A stretch of 64,000 nucleotides of DNA from Chloroflexota bacterium (GCA_034422515.1 DAOUJP010000020.1:65590-129589), one strand, 5' to 3'; shown: positions 1 through 9,632, counted from the first letter of the stretch. Numbers and translations: made by a program. Notes: a model not told the origin generated them from the letters alone.

Positions 1-1059
1 CTGCTCGATTTCGGAGTTGGTGATCCCCAGGACCCTACACCTGCCTTTATCCGCCAAGCACTGACTGCCGCGCTGACACCGGAGTCGCGCTATCCCACCT
101 CCGCCGGGCTCCCGGAGCTACGACAAGCCATCGCCGGCTGGTTCGGTCGCCGCTTCGGCGTGACGCTCGATCCCGATGTACACGTCTTGCCGGCGAACGG
201 CTCCAAGGAGGCCCTGTTCAACCTGAGCCTGGCGCTGCTCGATGATCCGCGCCGCGGTCCGCAGGCCGTCGGCGTGCCGGAGTTGGCCTATCAAGTCTAC
301 GCCGACAGCGCCCGGCTCCACCATACCGAGGTCATCTCCCTGCCCCTCGACGCCGACTGGCTGCCCGATCTGAACGCGCTGACGCCCGACGTACTCGGTC
401 GTCTGCGCCTGCTCTGGCTGAACTACCCCAATAATCCCACGGGGGCCGTGGCACCGCCGTCCTACTACCGTGAGGTACTGGCGCTGGCCGAGCGTTGGGA
501 CTTCTACGTGGTCTCCGACGAGGCCTACAGCGAGCTATGGTACGACAGCCCACCGCCGAGCCTGCTGCAAACCGGGCTGGAGCGGGCTATCGTCATCAAC
601 ACGCTCTCCAAACGCAGCAACATGACCGCCTATCGCAGCGGCGTGATCGCTGGTGACGCGCAGGTGCTCGCCACCCTCCGCAACGTGCGCCCGCGGATGG
701 GGGTAGCCACCCCGGAGTTCATCCAGCAGGCGGCGCGCGCTGCCTGGGACGATGAAGCACACGTGACGTCCCAGCGCCTACGCTACGCCGAGCGGCGTCA
801 ACTGTTCATCGAGGTCCTGGCCCGAAAGGGGCTGGTCGTAGAGGCGAGCGCGGCGACGTTCTACCTGTGGGTCCGCGTGCCGGAATGGGTGGCCGGGCGC
901 TCGTCGCGGCAGTTCGCCGAGTGGCTGCTGGAGCGCGGGATTGTCGTGCTCCCCGGCGAGTTCTTGGGCGCGCGTGGCGCCGGGCACGTCCGGCTGGCGC
1001 TGGTACCGCCGCTGGAGACCTGCCAACGCGCGGCCGACATTCTCGATAGCGTGCTCTGA
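1..1059 (+). CDS. Class I/II aminotransferase, succinyldiaminopimelate/LL-DAP aminotransferase-like (5' partial, runs off the window start)
   Basis: Frame 1 is open from nt 1 (LLDFGVGDPQDPTPAFIRQALT...); the track ORF 160..1059 is the same frame. NYPNNPTGAV motif of fold-type I PLP aminotransferases. Sits immediately upstream of a DapD-like gene. Confidence 0.75.
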   Translation: MLDFGVGDPQDPTPAFIRQALTAALTPESRYPTSAGLPELRQAIAGWFGRRFGVTLDPDVHVLPANGSKEALFNLSLALLDDPRRGPQAVGVPELAYQVYADSARLHHTEVISLPLDADWLPDLNALTPDVLGRLRLLWLNYPNNPTGAVAPPSYYREVLALAERWDFYVVSDEAYSELWYDSPPPSLLQTGLERAIVINTLSKRSNMTAYRSGVIAGDAQVLATLRNVRPRMGVATPEFIQQAARAAWDDEAHVTSQRLRYAERRQLFIEVLARKGLVVEASAATFYLWVRVPEWVAGRSSRQFAEWLLERGIVVLPGEFLGARGAGHVRLALVPPLETCQRAADILDSVL

Positions 1060-1083
1060 GCGCGGCAGTGATGAGGCGCGGAT

Positions 1084-1935
1084 GTGTTCGACGAAAGGAG
1101 CGGATTGATGGATCGAGAGAGGATGCAGGCGCTGATCGAGGCTGCGGCCAGCGGCGCGCGCGCGACGGATGATGCTGCGGTCGGCGCGGCGGTCGCAGCG
1201 ACGATTGCGGCGCTCGACGACGGTAGCCTGCGGGTGGCGGAGCAAAGCGGGCCGGGCGAGTGGCGAGTCAACGCCTGGGCCAAGCAAGCCATCCTGCTCT
1301 ACTTCGGTATGCAGGACATGGTGATCCACGAGGTCGGACCGTTCCAATTCCACGACAAGGTGCCGCTCAAGCGCAACCTGGACGCCGCCGGCGTGCGGGT
1401 GGTCCCACCCGGCACGGCTCGGTACGGCTCGTTCTTGGAGCCGGGGGTCATTCTGATGCCCGGTTATGTCAACATCGGCGGTTGGGTTGGTGCCGGGACG
1501 ATGGTGGATACCTGGGCGACGGTCGGATCATGCGCCCAGATCGGCCGCAACGTGCATCTCGCGGGCGGCGTGGGTATCGGCGGCGTGCTGGAGCCACCGC
1601 AAGCGCAGCCGGTCATCGTCGAGGACGATGCCTTCATCGGCAGCCGGTGCATCGTTGTCGAGGGCGCAGTGATCGAAGCCGAGGCCGTGTTGGGCGCGGG
1701 CGTGATGATTACAGCGAGCAGCAGGATCGTTGACGTGCGGGAAGGCGCCAACGGCCGAGTGTACCGCGGCCGAGTGCCGGCGCGGGCAGTCGTCGTGGAC
1801 GGCGTGTATCCTCGGCAGTTCCCCGGCGGCGACGCCTACATCCGCTGCGCCTATATCATCGGCACGCGCAGCGAGCGGCACGACAAGAACCTCTCGCTCG
1901 AACAGGCGCTGCGCGACTACGACATCACGGTCTAA
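1084..1935 (+). CDS. dapD: 2,3,4,5-tetrahydropyridine-2,6-dicarboxylate N-succinyltransferase (DapD-like hexapeptide-repeat acyltransferase)
   Basis: Left-handed beta-helix hexapeptide repeats (GGWVGAGTMVDTWATVGSCAQIGRNVHLAGGVGIGGVLEP...VIVEDDAFIGSRC). The true start may be the second Met at 1108. Confidence 0.7.
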   Translation: MFDERSGLMDRERMQALIEAAASGARATDDAAVGAAVAATIAALDDGSLRVAEQSGPGEWRVNAWAKQAILLYFGMQDMVIHEVGPFQFHDKVPLKRNLDAAGVRVVPPGTARYGSFLEPGVILMPGYVNIGGWVGAGTMVDTWATVGSCAQIGRNVHLAGGVGIGGVLEPPQAQPVIVEDDAFIGSRCIVVEGAVIEAEAVLGAGVMITASSRIVDVREGANGRVYRGRVPARAVVVDGVYPRQFPGGDAYIRCAYIIGTRSERHDKNLSLEQALRDYDITV

Positions 1936-2005
1936 ACGATTATAGGCAGATCGGAGGTGTGGCGCGGGAGCATCCTAGAACGGCTGCTCCAGGCATACGT
2001 AACCC

Positions 2006-2033
2006 TTGACAAGCCCCTGCGATACGGTAGAGT
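2006..2033 (+). promoter_or_regulatory. Candidate sigma-70-type promoter (TTGACA-16 nt-TAGAGT) giving a leaderless transcript for the ZIP transporter gene
   Basis: TTGACA at ~2006-2011, a 16-nt spacer, TAGAGT at ~2028-2033, then ATG at 2041 with no room for an SD sequence. Confidence 0.3.
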
Positions 2034-2040
2034 TACTGCT

Positions 2041-2907
2041 ATGGAACTACTCACCTTCAAGATCATCGCTGCCGCTGCGATGATCGCCATGGCCGTATTC
2101 GGCGGCGTGATCCCCCTCTTTGCGGCCCGCATGGCGGGCAGCCAGCGCTTCTTTTCGCTGGGTAATGCCTTTACCGGCGGCATTTTCCTCGGTCTTGGCT
2201 TCATCCACTTCCTGCCCGACGGAATCCATCAGCTTGAGGAGCTTGTGGACTATCCTCTAGCAGTGCTGATGGCGACAGTGGGGCTGGGCGTGCTCCTGTT
2301 GATTGACCGCGTCATCCTCGGCGACCGCTATGGTGAGGATGACCTGATTAACCAGAATCCCCGGGCGTTCTACCCGTACTTGCTGCTGGCGCTCCTGTCG
2401 GTCCATTCCTTTATCGTCGGGGTCTCGCTCGGCCTTGAGCATCACGTGTTGGCCGCAATCGTCATTGTCGTGGGCGTGCTGGCGCACAAGGCATCGGAAA
2501 CCTTTGCCCTGATGGTGAGCACGCATACGGCCGGGCTGGCAGCAAGAGCACAGAAAATCATCCTGACCATCTTTGCCGCGATGACCCCGGTCGGAGTAGC
2601 GGTAGGCTTGCTGGCTACCAACACCTTAGGAGAAAATGAAACCGCCACGGCCTGGGCTATCGGGATTTTCAACTCGTTCGCGGCCGGAACCTTTATCTAC
2701 ATGGCAATCGTCGAAATGATTGACGCTGAGTTGGCGCGTCGCGACGTGCGTGTGGCGAAGTTCGTGATGAGTGTCATCACCGGCGCCGATGACGTGCCGA
2801 TGCCCACGAAGGACACGGACCGGTGGGTGAAGTTCCTGCTGATTATCGCGGGTGTCGCGCTGATCGCGGTGCTGGCCCAGTGGACCCACGTGCCACATGC
2901 CCATTAG
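2041..2907 (+). CDS. ZIP family (ZupT-like) divalent metal transporter
   Basis: Multi-pass membrane protein with the HSFIVGVSLGLEHH and HK...E motifs typical of ZIP transporters. The track ORF starts at 1957, but the Met at 2041 (MELLTFKIIAAA) precedes the first TM helix. Confidence 0.65.
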   Translation: MELLTFKIIAAAAMIAMAVFGGVIPLFAARMAGSQRFFSLGNAFTGGIFLGLGFIHFLPDGIHQLEELVDYPLAVLMATVGLGVLLLIDRVILGDRYGEDDLINQNPRAFYPYLLLALLSVHSFIVGVSLGLEHHVLAAIVIVVGVLAHKASETFALMVSTHTAGLAARAQKIILTIFAAMTPVGVAVGLLATNTLGENETATAWAIGIFNSFAAGTFIYMAIVEMIDAELARRDVRVAKFVMSVITGADDVPMPTKDTDRWVKFLLIIAGVALIAVLAQWTHVPHAH

Positions 2908-2954
2908 CACCGAGCGGCAACGCACCACCCTGAAAGCCCCACAGCCTCCACGAG

Positions 2955-4466
2955 CTACCCCGACGCGCTGATGGCGAGCACCGTGCCGCGGCCGAACTCG
3001 GTCACGATCAGCGTGCCGTCGGGGGCCACGGTTACGTCGGCGGGCAAGCGTAGTCCCGCGGCGAACTCCCGCACCTCGGCCCATTGGAACGCGCCGGCCG
3101 CATCGCGGTGGAGCACCACGCGATGGAGTTCGCCCGGCAGGAAAAGCACCACAAAGGCGTTGTCGCGGTAGTCCGCCGGGAACTGCGCGGCGGCAGAGAT
3201 CGTGATACCGGACGGCGCGCGGTGTGGTGGCCAGATGGCGATAGGTGGACGGGTGGCCGAGGACGGCGGCGGAAAGCCGAACGCTTCCGGGTAGCCATAG
3301 TGCTCGCCCGGCGAGACGAGGTTCAGCTCATCCACCGGCGCGCCAAGTTGCGTCCATGTGGCATCGCCGGCAAAGGCGTCGGGACCGTTGTCCGTGACCA
3401 GTAGCTCGCCGCGTCCAGTGAACGCCAGGCCGGTCGGATTGCGGAAGCCGCGGGCGAATACTTGCATATTACTGCCGTCGGGGTCGGCTACCAGGATGGT
3501 GCCACCCAGCGGCTCGCGCTCCGGGCCGTGATCCGAGGTGCCGCCCTGGCCCAGATACAGCCGTCCGTCGGGACCGAACGCCAACTGTTGGTTGTGGTGC
3601 CAGAGATAGTGGCCGGCGAGCAGGTCGCGCAGGATCGGCCGCGACTGGTCGGCAGTACCGTCGCCGGTCGTATCGCGCAAGGCGATGACCGCACCGCGTT
3701 GAGCAGCGATAAAAGCGTGCGAGACGTACAACTCATCGCCGCGAAACGCCAGGCCGGTCACGAGACCGAGGCCGGAGGCGAACACGCGGCGATCTGTGGC
3801 TTGTCCCGCCGTGACGGCAAAGCTGAGGATTTCGCCGGCAAAGTCGTCACCGGCAGCCCCGGCCGAGCCGACAACGGTGTGGACGCCGACGTAGAGCCGG
3901 CCAGCCGGGCCGAAACGCACCACCGTCGGGCGCTGCAAGTCCGTGACCAGGCGCTGCACCCGGAAGCCCGCTGGCACCGTCACCCGCGACCGATCAACCC
4001 CTGGCGCTGCCGTGTCGGGCGCCGCCAGCAGCGCCGCGAATGCGCCGGCTACACCGAGCACCACGAACACCGTGAGCGTGAGGAGTAGCAGGGCCAGCCC
4101 TACCACCCGGTCTCGTTGGGCAACGCGAAAGAGTAGCCCGGTTAGGGCGAGGCCCAGCACTACCCCCAGCAGCGTCGCGGCGGCACTCCCGGCCGTTGCC
4201 GGCAGATCGAGCGGCACAACCTGGCCTTCCGGCAGCGCGGCGTCCGGGACGAGTACTTGGAGCACGGTATTGACGAGCAGCGCCGGATAGGTGGTGGTCA
4301 GGAGCAGAAAGGCGCCGGTGCTACCGACGGCCACGACGGCGAGGGTGCCCGCCCGCCCAGGCGTTGTTTCCCCGCGGCGGAGGACCCGGAGCACGCCCAC
4401 GAGCACACCGACGCCGAAGGTACACAGCGCGATGGCGAGAGCCGGTGCTACGGGCATGAGCAGCAT
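2955..4466 (-). CDS. Membrane-anchored PQQ-dependent sugar (glucose/sorbosone) dehydrogenase family beta-propeller protein
   Basis: N-terminal TM helices, then a soluble-glucose-dehydrogenase-like propeller (GFRNPTGLAF, VTDNGPD, LYVSHAF motifs). Confidence 0.6.
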   Translation of the reverse strand: MLLMPVAPALAIALCTFGVGVLVGVLRVLRRGETTPGRAGTLAVVAVGSTGAFLLLTTTYPALLVNTVLQVLVPDAALPEGQVVPLDLPATAGSAAATLLGVVLGLALTGLLFRVAQRDRVVGLALLLLTLTVFVVLGVAGAFAALLAAPDTAAPGVDRSRVTVPAGFRVQRLVTDLQRPTVVRFGPAGRLYVGVHTVVGSAGAAGDDFAGEILSFAVTAGQATDRRVFASGLGLVTGLAFRGDELYVSHAFIAAQRGAVIALRDTTGDGTADQSRPILRDLLAGHYLWHHNQQLAFGPDGRLYLGQGGTSDHGPEREPLGGTILVADPDGSNMQVFARGFRNPTGLAFTGRGELLVTDNGPDAFAGDATWTQLGAPVDELNLVSPGEHYGYPEAFGFPPPSSATRPPIAIWPPHRAPSGITISAAAQFPADYRDNAFVVLFLPGELHRVVLHRDAAGAFQWAEVREFAAGLRLPADVTVAPDGTLIVTEFGRGTVLAISASG

Positions 4467-4485
4467 CGTACCATGTTGCTCATGC

Positions 4486-4650
4486 CCCCCTATGGTCCCC
4501 CGTTCCGACGGGGGGACGGCCGTGGCGCACCTCTCTACGGCACAGCTGCCGCCGTATTCCCGACCCCGTCAGGACAGCACATTCCCTCCCCCGTCGGGAC
4601 GGGGGAGGGCTAGGGAGGGGGCCAGCCCTCCCCACCGGCCCCCTATAGGT
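4486..4650. repeat. Composite GC-rich palindromic REP/MITE-like element, copy A (unit 1 CCCCCTATGGTCCCCCGTTCCGACGGGGGGACGG; unit 2 CCCTCCCCCGTCGGGACGGGGGAGGGCTAGGG)
   Basis: Near-identical units recur at 6373-6545. Unit 2 is a perfect 12-bp inverted repeat (CCCTCCCCCGTC/GACGGGGGAGGG). Strictly intergenic. Confidence 0.8.
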
Positions 4651-4658
4651 CCCGCCGC

Positions 4659-5106
4659 CTAGGCGGCGGCCCGGTGGTCACGGCGGGAGGCGGTGCGGTC
4701 GGGAACCGGGTATTGGACGATCACCGCGTATTGGGCGGGAGCCGCCGGTGTGGCGTGCTCGACGTTGCGGAGGGCAGCCAGCGCCACCAAACTCCAGCCG
4801 AGAACAGCGCCAATGGCGACAATCGCCAGGGCAATGCCTTCCAGCGCAAAGCTCCCCAGCGGCGAGAACGGCATGTCGGCGCTGCCCCACGTCATGGCCT
4901 GCCGGGCCAGGTAGGACACGCTCCACACACCGAGCGCTAACCCCAAGCGGCGCGGCCAGCTCACCACTCGCGCCTTGGTAGTAGTAGCGGGTGCCACTAC
5001 CGACACCGCAGGTAGCGCCGCCGGCAGTGCAGTGCTCTCGTCGCTATAGCGCACCGGAGGCAGCCCCGCCCCGCGTCGCCCGTCCGCTGCTGCTGTCCAC
5101 TCTCGC
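4659..5106 (-). CDS. Hypothetical membrane protein
   Basis: Track ORF 4659..5300; one C-terminal hydrophobic TM segment. The start is uncertain; the Met at ~5106 (MREWTAAADG) is chosen arbitrarily. Confidence 0.3.
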
Positions 5107-5321
5107 ATCGTTGCCGCTCCTAGAACTTGTGGTCTATCGAACTCTCGAACTATAGAACGCGCGTTCTCACGGTAGGTTGCGGCCGCGATGTGGGGAAGTC
5201 CCCACATATCAGCCCGGCACCGAGAGGGACGGCGTGCTATGCTGGCCTTGCCGCGTAACGAGCTACAATCGGCGAGCAACCTCGCAGTGAACCGCAGCAC
5301 ACGAGATGGGGAGAGCAGAGC

Positions 5322-6362
5322 ATGAGCGATGACGGTGATTCCAGAAAGGTGGATCCGAGCGGCCTGGAGCAGCTAGTAACCAAGCTGTTCAGCGCCGCTG
5401 GCGTCGGCGATGAGGACGCGCAGTTCATGGGACACGTGCTCACGGACGCCGACCTGCGCGGAGTTCACACGCACGGGACCCGGTTTGCGCCGCGCTACGT
5501 CGAGGGCCTGCGCGCCGGCGGCATGAAGGCGCAGCCCAATCGCCGGCTCGTGGTGGATGCCGGCGCGGTCGGCGTGTACGACGGCGACGGCGGCTTGGGC
5601 CACGTCGCGGCCGCTGAAGCCATGGAAATTGCCATTCGCAAGGCCAAGGAGCACGGGATGGGCAGTGTGGGCGTCCGGCACAACGGACACTGCGGCGCCA
5701 TCGCCTACTACGCCCAAATGGCCGTGGATGCCGGCTGTCTGGCGTTCGCTGCCACGACGGGAGGCACCGCTATCGCCCCGGTCGGCGGTATCGAGGCGCG
5801 CTGCGGTCTCAACCCGATCTCGTGGGCCGCACCGACGCGCCGCGGCTGGGCGTTCAACTTGGACATGGCGCCGTCGGTCGTCGCCGGCTCCAAGGTGGAT
5901 ATGGTCCGGCAACGCGGCGAGCGTCTGCCCTGGGGCTGGGCCATTGACGCCAAGGGCGAGCCGACGGATGATCCCATCGCTGCGCGGGAGGGGGGTACCT
6001 TGCTGCCCATCGGCGGTTACAAGGGTGTCGGGCTGTCAATGGCGACCGAAATCCTGTGCGGTGTCTTCTCCGGTGGCCAACTCGGAGCAACCGGCCGCGG
6101 CTCAGGACACCTATTCCAGGCGATTGACATCGAGCGTGTCATGCCGCTCGACGAGTTCACCGAGCGGATGGAGCGGATGATCGAGGACGTGAAAAGCTCG
6201 GCGCTGGCGCCAGGATCATCCGGCATCACGCTCCCCGGCGAGCTGGAGTGGCAGAAGCGGCAGGAGCACCTAGCCAACGGCATCCCCCTCGACCGGCCCA
6301 CCCGGCACGGCCTGCGCGAGGCAGCCGATGAGGCCGGTGCTCCCTACGACATCGAGCTATAG
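5322..6362 (+). CDS. Ldh_2 family (malate/L-lactate/L-sulfolactate dehydrogenase-like) NAD(P)-dependent oxidoreductase
   Basis: HTHGTRFAPRYVEGLRAGG...GHVAAAEAMEIAIRKAKEHGMGSVGVRHNGHCGAIAYYAQMA is characteristic of the Ldh_2 fold. Confidence 0.7.
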   Translation: MSDDGDSRKVDPSGLEQLVTKLFSAAGVGDEDAQFMGHVLTDADLRGVHTHGTRFAPRYVEGLRAGGMKAQPNRRLVVDAGAVGVYDGDGGLGHVAAAEAMEIAIRKAKEHGMGSVGVRHNGHCGAIAYYAQMAVDAGCLAFAATTGGTAIAPVGGIEARCGLNPISWAAPTRRGWAFNLDMAPSVVAGSKVDMVRQRGERLPWGWAIDAKGEPTDDPIAAREGGTLLPIGGYKGVGLSMATEILCGVFSGGQLGATGRGSGHLFQAIDIERVMPLDEFTERMERMIEDVKSSALAPGSSGITLPGELEWQKRQEHLANGIPLDRPTRHGLREAADEAGAPYDIEL

Positions 6363-6372
6363 TCGCACCGGC

Positions 6373-6545
6373 CCCCCTATGGTCCCCCCGTCCCGACGGG
6401 GGGACGGGGAGGGCGGCGCACGGCCATGGCTGGCGCGGACCATATCCCCTCCCCCGTCGCCAGGGCTGAGGGCCAAGCAGGCGGCGCAGTCTATCCCCTC
6501 CCCCGTCGGGACGGGGGAGGGCTAGGGTGGGGGCCGGCCCCTCAC
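6373..6545. repeat. Composite GC-rich palindromic REP/MITE-like element, copy B
   Basis: CCCCCCTATGGTCCCCCCGTCCCGACGGGGGGACGG at 6373-6408 and CCCCTCCCCCGTCGGGACGGGGGAGGGCTAGGGTGGGGGCCGGCCC at 6494-6540, matching copy A. Confidence 0.8.
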
Positions 6546-6581
6546 ACCCCTGCGCCGCACCACCCGGTACAATGGCCGGTC

Positions 6582-7529
6582 GTGACTCCTTCCTCTCGGC
6601 GGCCTCTGGTCAAGGCTCAGGCCGCTCCGACGCAGCATCGTCCGCTCACCGCCCCGGCAGCCCTCTTTGCGCTCTTGCTCGCCATCCTGTGGAGTGGCCT
6701 GCCCATCGCCACCAAGGTCGGTCTCGACTACGCCCCGCCCTTGCGCTTGAGCGCGATGCGGTTCATCGTCGGCGGGGTCGTGGTCTTCTGCTGGGCACTG
6801 CTCACCAAGACGGACTTGCGCCTCCGTCCCGGCGAGTGGAAGGCCCTCGCCATCCTCGGCGTCCTGTTCTCCGTACAGATCGCCTTTCTCAATATCGGCC
6901 TCGATCTGACTACCGCCGGGCACAATGTCGTCTTGACCGTTACCTTTCCGATCTGGGTCGCCGTCCTGGCCCACTTCTTTGTACCTGGTGATCGACTCAC
7001 CGTGCCGAAGCTCCTCGGTGTGTTCATCGCCTACGGCGGGATGGTGCTGCTGTTCGCCGACAGCCTCGGGATGCATGCGACGGCGCTCCTCGGCGATGTC
7101 TTCTCGGCGATCTCCGGTTTCTTGCTCGGCGTGCGCCACGTCTACAACGCGCGTATGGTACAGAACCTGCATCCGGCCAAATTGCTGCTGGCGCAGGCTG
7201 TCTGCGGTACTGTGTCGCTCTTGACGGCAAGCCTGCTCTTCGAACCTGTGTCCGTCCGGTGGACGGCCCAGTTGGCGACCTCGGTGTTCTATCAAGGGGT
7301 GGTAGTCGCCGGCTTCTGCTTCATTGGTAGCCTGTGGCTGCTCAAGCGCTACTTTCCTTCGCAGGTGAGCGTCATCTCGCTGGCCCAGCCGCTCTTCAGC
7401 ATCATCGCGGCCTGGATCATCCTGGGCGAGCCGTTAAGCTCGACGCTCTGGCTGAGTGCCGCGCTGGTGATAGCGGGCGCCTGGCTAGTCCGGCAGCGCC
7501 CCCGGCGGGCCAGCACCCCCCCCGCTTGA
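6582..7529 (+). CDS. EamA/DMT-superfamily transporter (10 TM)
   Basis: Two EamA-like hydrophobic repeats. The track ORF starts at 6426, but the N-terminal ~50 aa there translate the REP element. The in-frame GTG at 6582 sits just after a TACAAT -10-like hexamer, suggesting a leaderless mRNA. Confidence 0.55.
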   Translation: MTPSSRRPLVKAQAAPTQHRPLTAPAALFALLLAILWSGLPIATKVGLDYAPPLRLSAMRFIVGGVVVFCWALLTKTDLRLRPGEWKALAILGVLFSVQIAFLNIGLDLTTAGHNVVLTVTFPIWVAVLAHFFVPGDRLTVPKLLGVFIAYGGMVLLFADSLGMHATALLGDVFSAISGFLLGVRHVYNARMVQNLHPAKLLLAQAVCGTVSLLTASLLFEPVSVRWTAQLATSVFYQGVVVAGFCFIGSLWLLKRYFPSQVSVISLAQPLFSIIAAWIILGEPLSSTLWLSAALVIAGAWLVRQRPRRASTPPA

Positions 7530-7636
7530 CAACTTCTGCATTTCTGCGGCGTCTCGGATACGAATTGGTATAACGTAACCGCCTGGTCCATATCGTCGAA
7601 GCATAGCTACACCGCCCCGTCCGATGGAGAACCGTC

Positions 7637-8017
7637 ATGCGCTGCACCGTAGACGATACGTTACTCGCCGAGGCTCAGAAAATCCTGCACACCGACAGCG
7701 CCGAAGAGACGGTTGCGGCCAGCCTGCGAGAAACCATCCGCAGCCGCGCCGAGCCGATGGAGCTACCGCTGTACCTGAGCAGCGATGAGAATTTCGAGCG
7801 ATTTCGCCGCGCGCTCCACCACCCACGCACACCGGCAGAGCTAGAGCGCCGCCGTGAGGCCATAGAGGCAGCGGACCGACTGCGGGCGGAGTTAGGTCCG
7901 GACCCGGATTTTAACACGGTGGATACCATCCGTGACATCCGTGGAGGCTGGGCTGACGATGAACCCGACGGGCAGACGAAGCCATCGGCCGGCAGCCGGT
8001 CTTCCCCGGCCGCTTGA
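7637..8017 (+). CDS. Type II antitoxin-like protein with an N-terminal VapB/DUF2191-type domain (MRCTVDDTLLAEAQKIL...) and a C-terminal extension
   Basis: The N-terminal ~40 aa match the 'MRTTLDIDDDLLAEA' antitoxin signature. No intact toxin gene follows. This is the last core-like gene before the low-GC noncoding stretch. Confidence 0.45.
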   Translation: MRCTVDDTLLAEAQKILHTDSAEETVAASLRETIRSRAEPMELPLYLSSDENFERFRRALHHPRTPAELERRREAIEAADRLRAELGPDPDFNTVDTIRDIRGGWADDEPDGQTKPSAGSRSSPAA

Positions 8018-8089
8018 CATTCGCACTGAGTCCCCGCATACTAGCCGGGAGGCGCTGTCATGGCTTCGCGTCGTGAGGTGGTTCAGCAA

Positions 8090-8118
8090 GGGTTGGAAAA
8101 CCAACCCTTTTCTTTTTT
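8090..8118 (+). terminator. Rho-independent terminator (GGGTTGG-AAAA-CCAACCC followed by TTTTCTTTTTT)
   Basis: Perfect stem with a tetraloop followed by a T-rich tract. This is unusual in such a GC-rich genome and lies in the lower-GC junction region. Confidence 0.6.
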
Positions 8119-8718
8119 GGATCCACCACCGCACGATCTACCAAACTGGACAAAATCCAGAACCTTTATGCTGCGTTTCAAGCTGACGGGACAGAATCGG
8201 TAGTCTGGCCGTCTCAATCTCTCCTGCTCTTGCCGCTCCATTCCTGCCAGGCTGACGCCTTCACGCTGGACCTCAAGGGAAATCTCACAGGACCTCATGT
8301 GAGTTAGTCATAGCACTGCGGCCGTAAGTCTGCTCGTGACACTACCACTCCACGGTCGTCGGCAGGCCGCGTTCTTGCGACTCCCGGCCCCGTCGACATC
8401 GCTAGGTAGAACGAACGGGCCGCAAACTCGCCTGTAGCAGCCCTGGCTGGCTCGGAGTATCATAATGGTGGAGTGGGAAGCGACACCAGCGTGTCCCCTT
8501 CGTCCCTTGGTCTGGGTTCGTCACGTGTGTGGCTGGATACAGCAACCGGATTCGAGCCGCTTTCGGCCCAGTTGTCCCAAGTGCATCGGTTCGGGAAACT
8601 CTCATAGGGGCCTCACGGCCAAAGGCCGCCGCCGCGAAATCGGGGGCAGTTCAGTTGGCATGGCAGACCGTATGCCACTGCCGATGAGGTAGGGACTGTC
8701 ATGGCGGCGTGCGGCTGT

Positions 8719-8733
8719 GATTTCCGGTCTGTC
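8719..8733 (+). promoter_or_regulatory. Conserved 15-nt motif GATTTCCGGTCTGTC (copy 1), ~70 nt upstream of the sigma-factor operon, followed at +30 by GAGAGTTGG
   Basis: Exact 15-mer repeated at 13692-13706 with the same downstream G(A/G)GTTGG box at +30/+31. Both copies are intergenic and precede an operon start. Confidence 0.5.
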
Positions 8734-8804
8734 TTTCTACGCGCGGTTAAAATTGAGAGTTGGTTGCATCTAGTCACCGAGCAGAACACGCTATGAGTTA
8801 GCAG

Positions 8805-9632
8805 ATGGGCCATGTGACCACAGAGCAAGATACATCGTGCTTGCCGGAGCCATTGACGCGCAAGAACGCGGATGGTGAGGTCTATTGCCGCCAGGCGGCT
8901 GTGGACAGGCAGATCCAGACGGCTCTTGGGCTTGACAGTGGGGAACTCCGAACCCGCTCCGAGGTGACGGACAAAGCGTCGCCCGACTTCCTCAAGGAAG
9001 AGGCGCTGGTCTATCTGATTCGACACTACCACCGGGCAGCGGATCAGGGCTGTGTGAACTTCCTGTCGGAGGCCCTACTTCGCCGCTGTGCCACCTGGAT
9101 CAGTCATCAACTGCACAGCTTGGATAATGAAGCGGCAGAGGAAGGGTATTCGGACGTCGTGACGCGACTGTTCGAACGGATCCTCGACTTAGACAGTGAC
9201 CGCGGCGACTTCCTCCAAGTCCGATTCTGGATGGTACTCAAGAAACTTGCCGTGGATGTCTTTGACAGACAGCTACGGCAGCTCACCCGTGGACGAGACA
9301 GCATCCCTCTGACAACTATTGCCGGACATGACGGCGAAGACGACAAGGCGGCAACACGTGGAGCTCGGTTGCGCACGCCGGGCGCGCTCGCGACACGGGC
9401 CGCCGAATCGGAGGCGATCGAGCGCACCGAAATCCGCGAGGCCCTGAGCCAGTTGGACGAGCCTCTTAGGTCAGCGTTCCTGCTACGGCATTTCGTGGGG
9501 TTGCCGATCGAAGATCAGGACCCAGCCGTGCATACGATTAGCCGGCGCTTCGGCAAGACGCCGCGCACCATCCGGAACTGGCTCGCTAGAGCGGGTAAGT
9601 GCTTGGCAATGTGGCGGGGAGGGCAGGGATGA
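8805..9632 (+). CDS. Sigma-70 family (ECF-like) RNA polymerase sigma factor
   Basis: The C-terminal region-4 HTH (LSQLDEPLRSAFLLRHFVGLPIEDQD...ISRRFGKTPRTIRNWLARAG) matches the sigma-70_r4_2 pattern, and the region-2-like segment is upstream. Its stop overlaps the next gene by 4 nt. Confidence 0.6.
   Translation: MGHVTTEQDTSCLPEPLTRKNADGEVYCRQAAVDRQIQTALGLDSGELRTRSEVTDKASPDFLKEEALVYLIRHYHRAADQGCVNFLSEALLRRCATWISHQLHSLDNEAAEEGYSDVVTRLFERILDLDSDRGDFLQVRFWMVLKKLAVDVFDRQLRQLTRGRDSIPLTTIAGHDGEDDKAATRGARLRTPGALATRAAESEAIERTEIREALSQLDEPLRSAFLLRHFVGLPIEDQDPAVHTISRRFGKTPRTIRNWLARAGKCLAMWRGGQG

Noticed and set aside
4486-6545. REP-like repeats as a CRISPR array
   Set aside because: Only two to three irregularly spaced, partly inverted copies per locus, no uniform spacer length and no cas genes. 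They are strongly palindromic and resemble REP/MITE elements instead.
7637-8017. The antitoxin-like gene's C-terminal extension as the fused N-terminus of the disrupted PIN gene
   Set aside because: The extension (…VDTIRDIRGGWADDEPDGQTKP…) lacks the hydrophobic LDT(N/S)V(L/I) PIN N-terminal pattern. The link between the two island edges is kept only as a hypothesis.
8119-8804. Noncoding low-GC stretch as a tmRNA/RNase P/6S or group II intron RNA gene
   Set aside because: I could not recognise any diagnostic conserved sequence (no tmRNA 5' GGGGCTG…/tag-reading frame, no RNase P P4 motifs, no intron domain V). It is left as an unassigned noncoding region.
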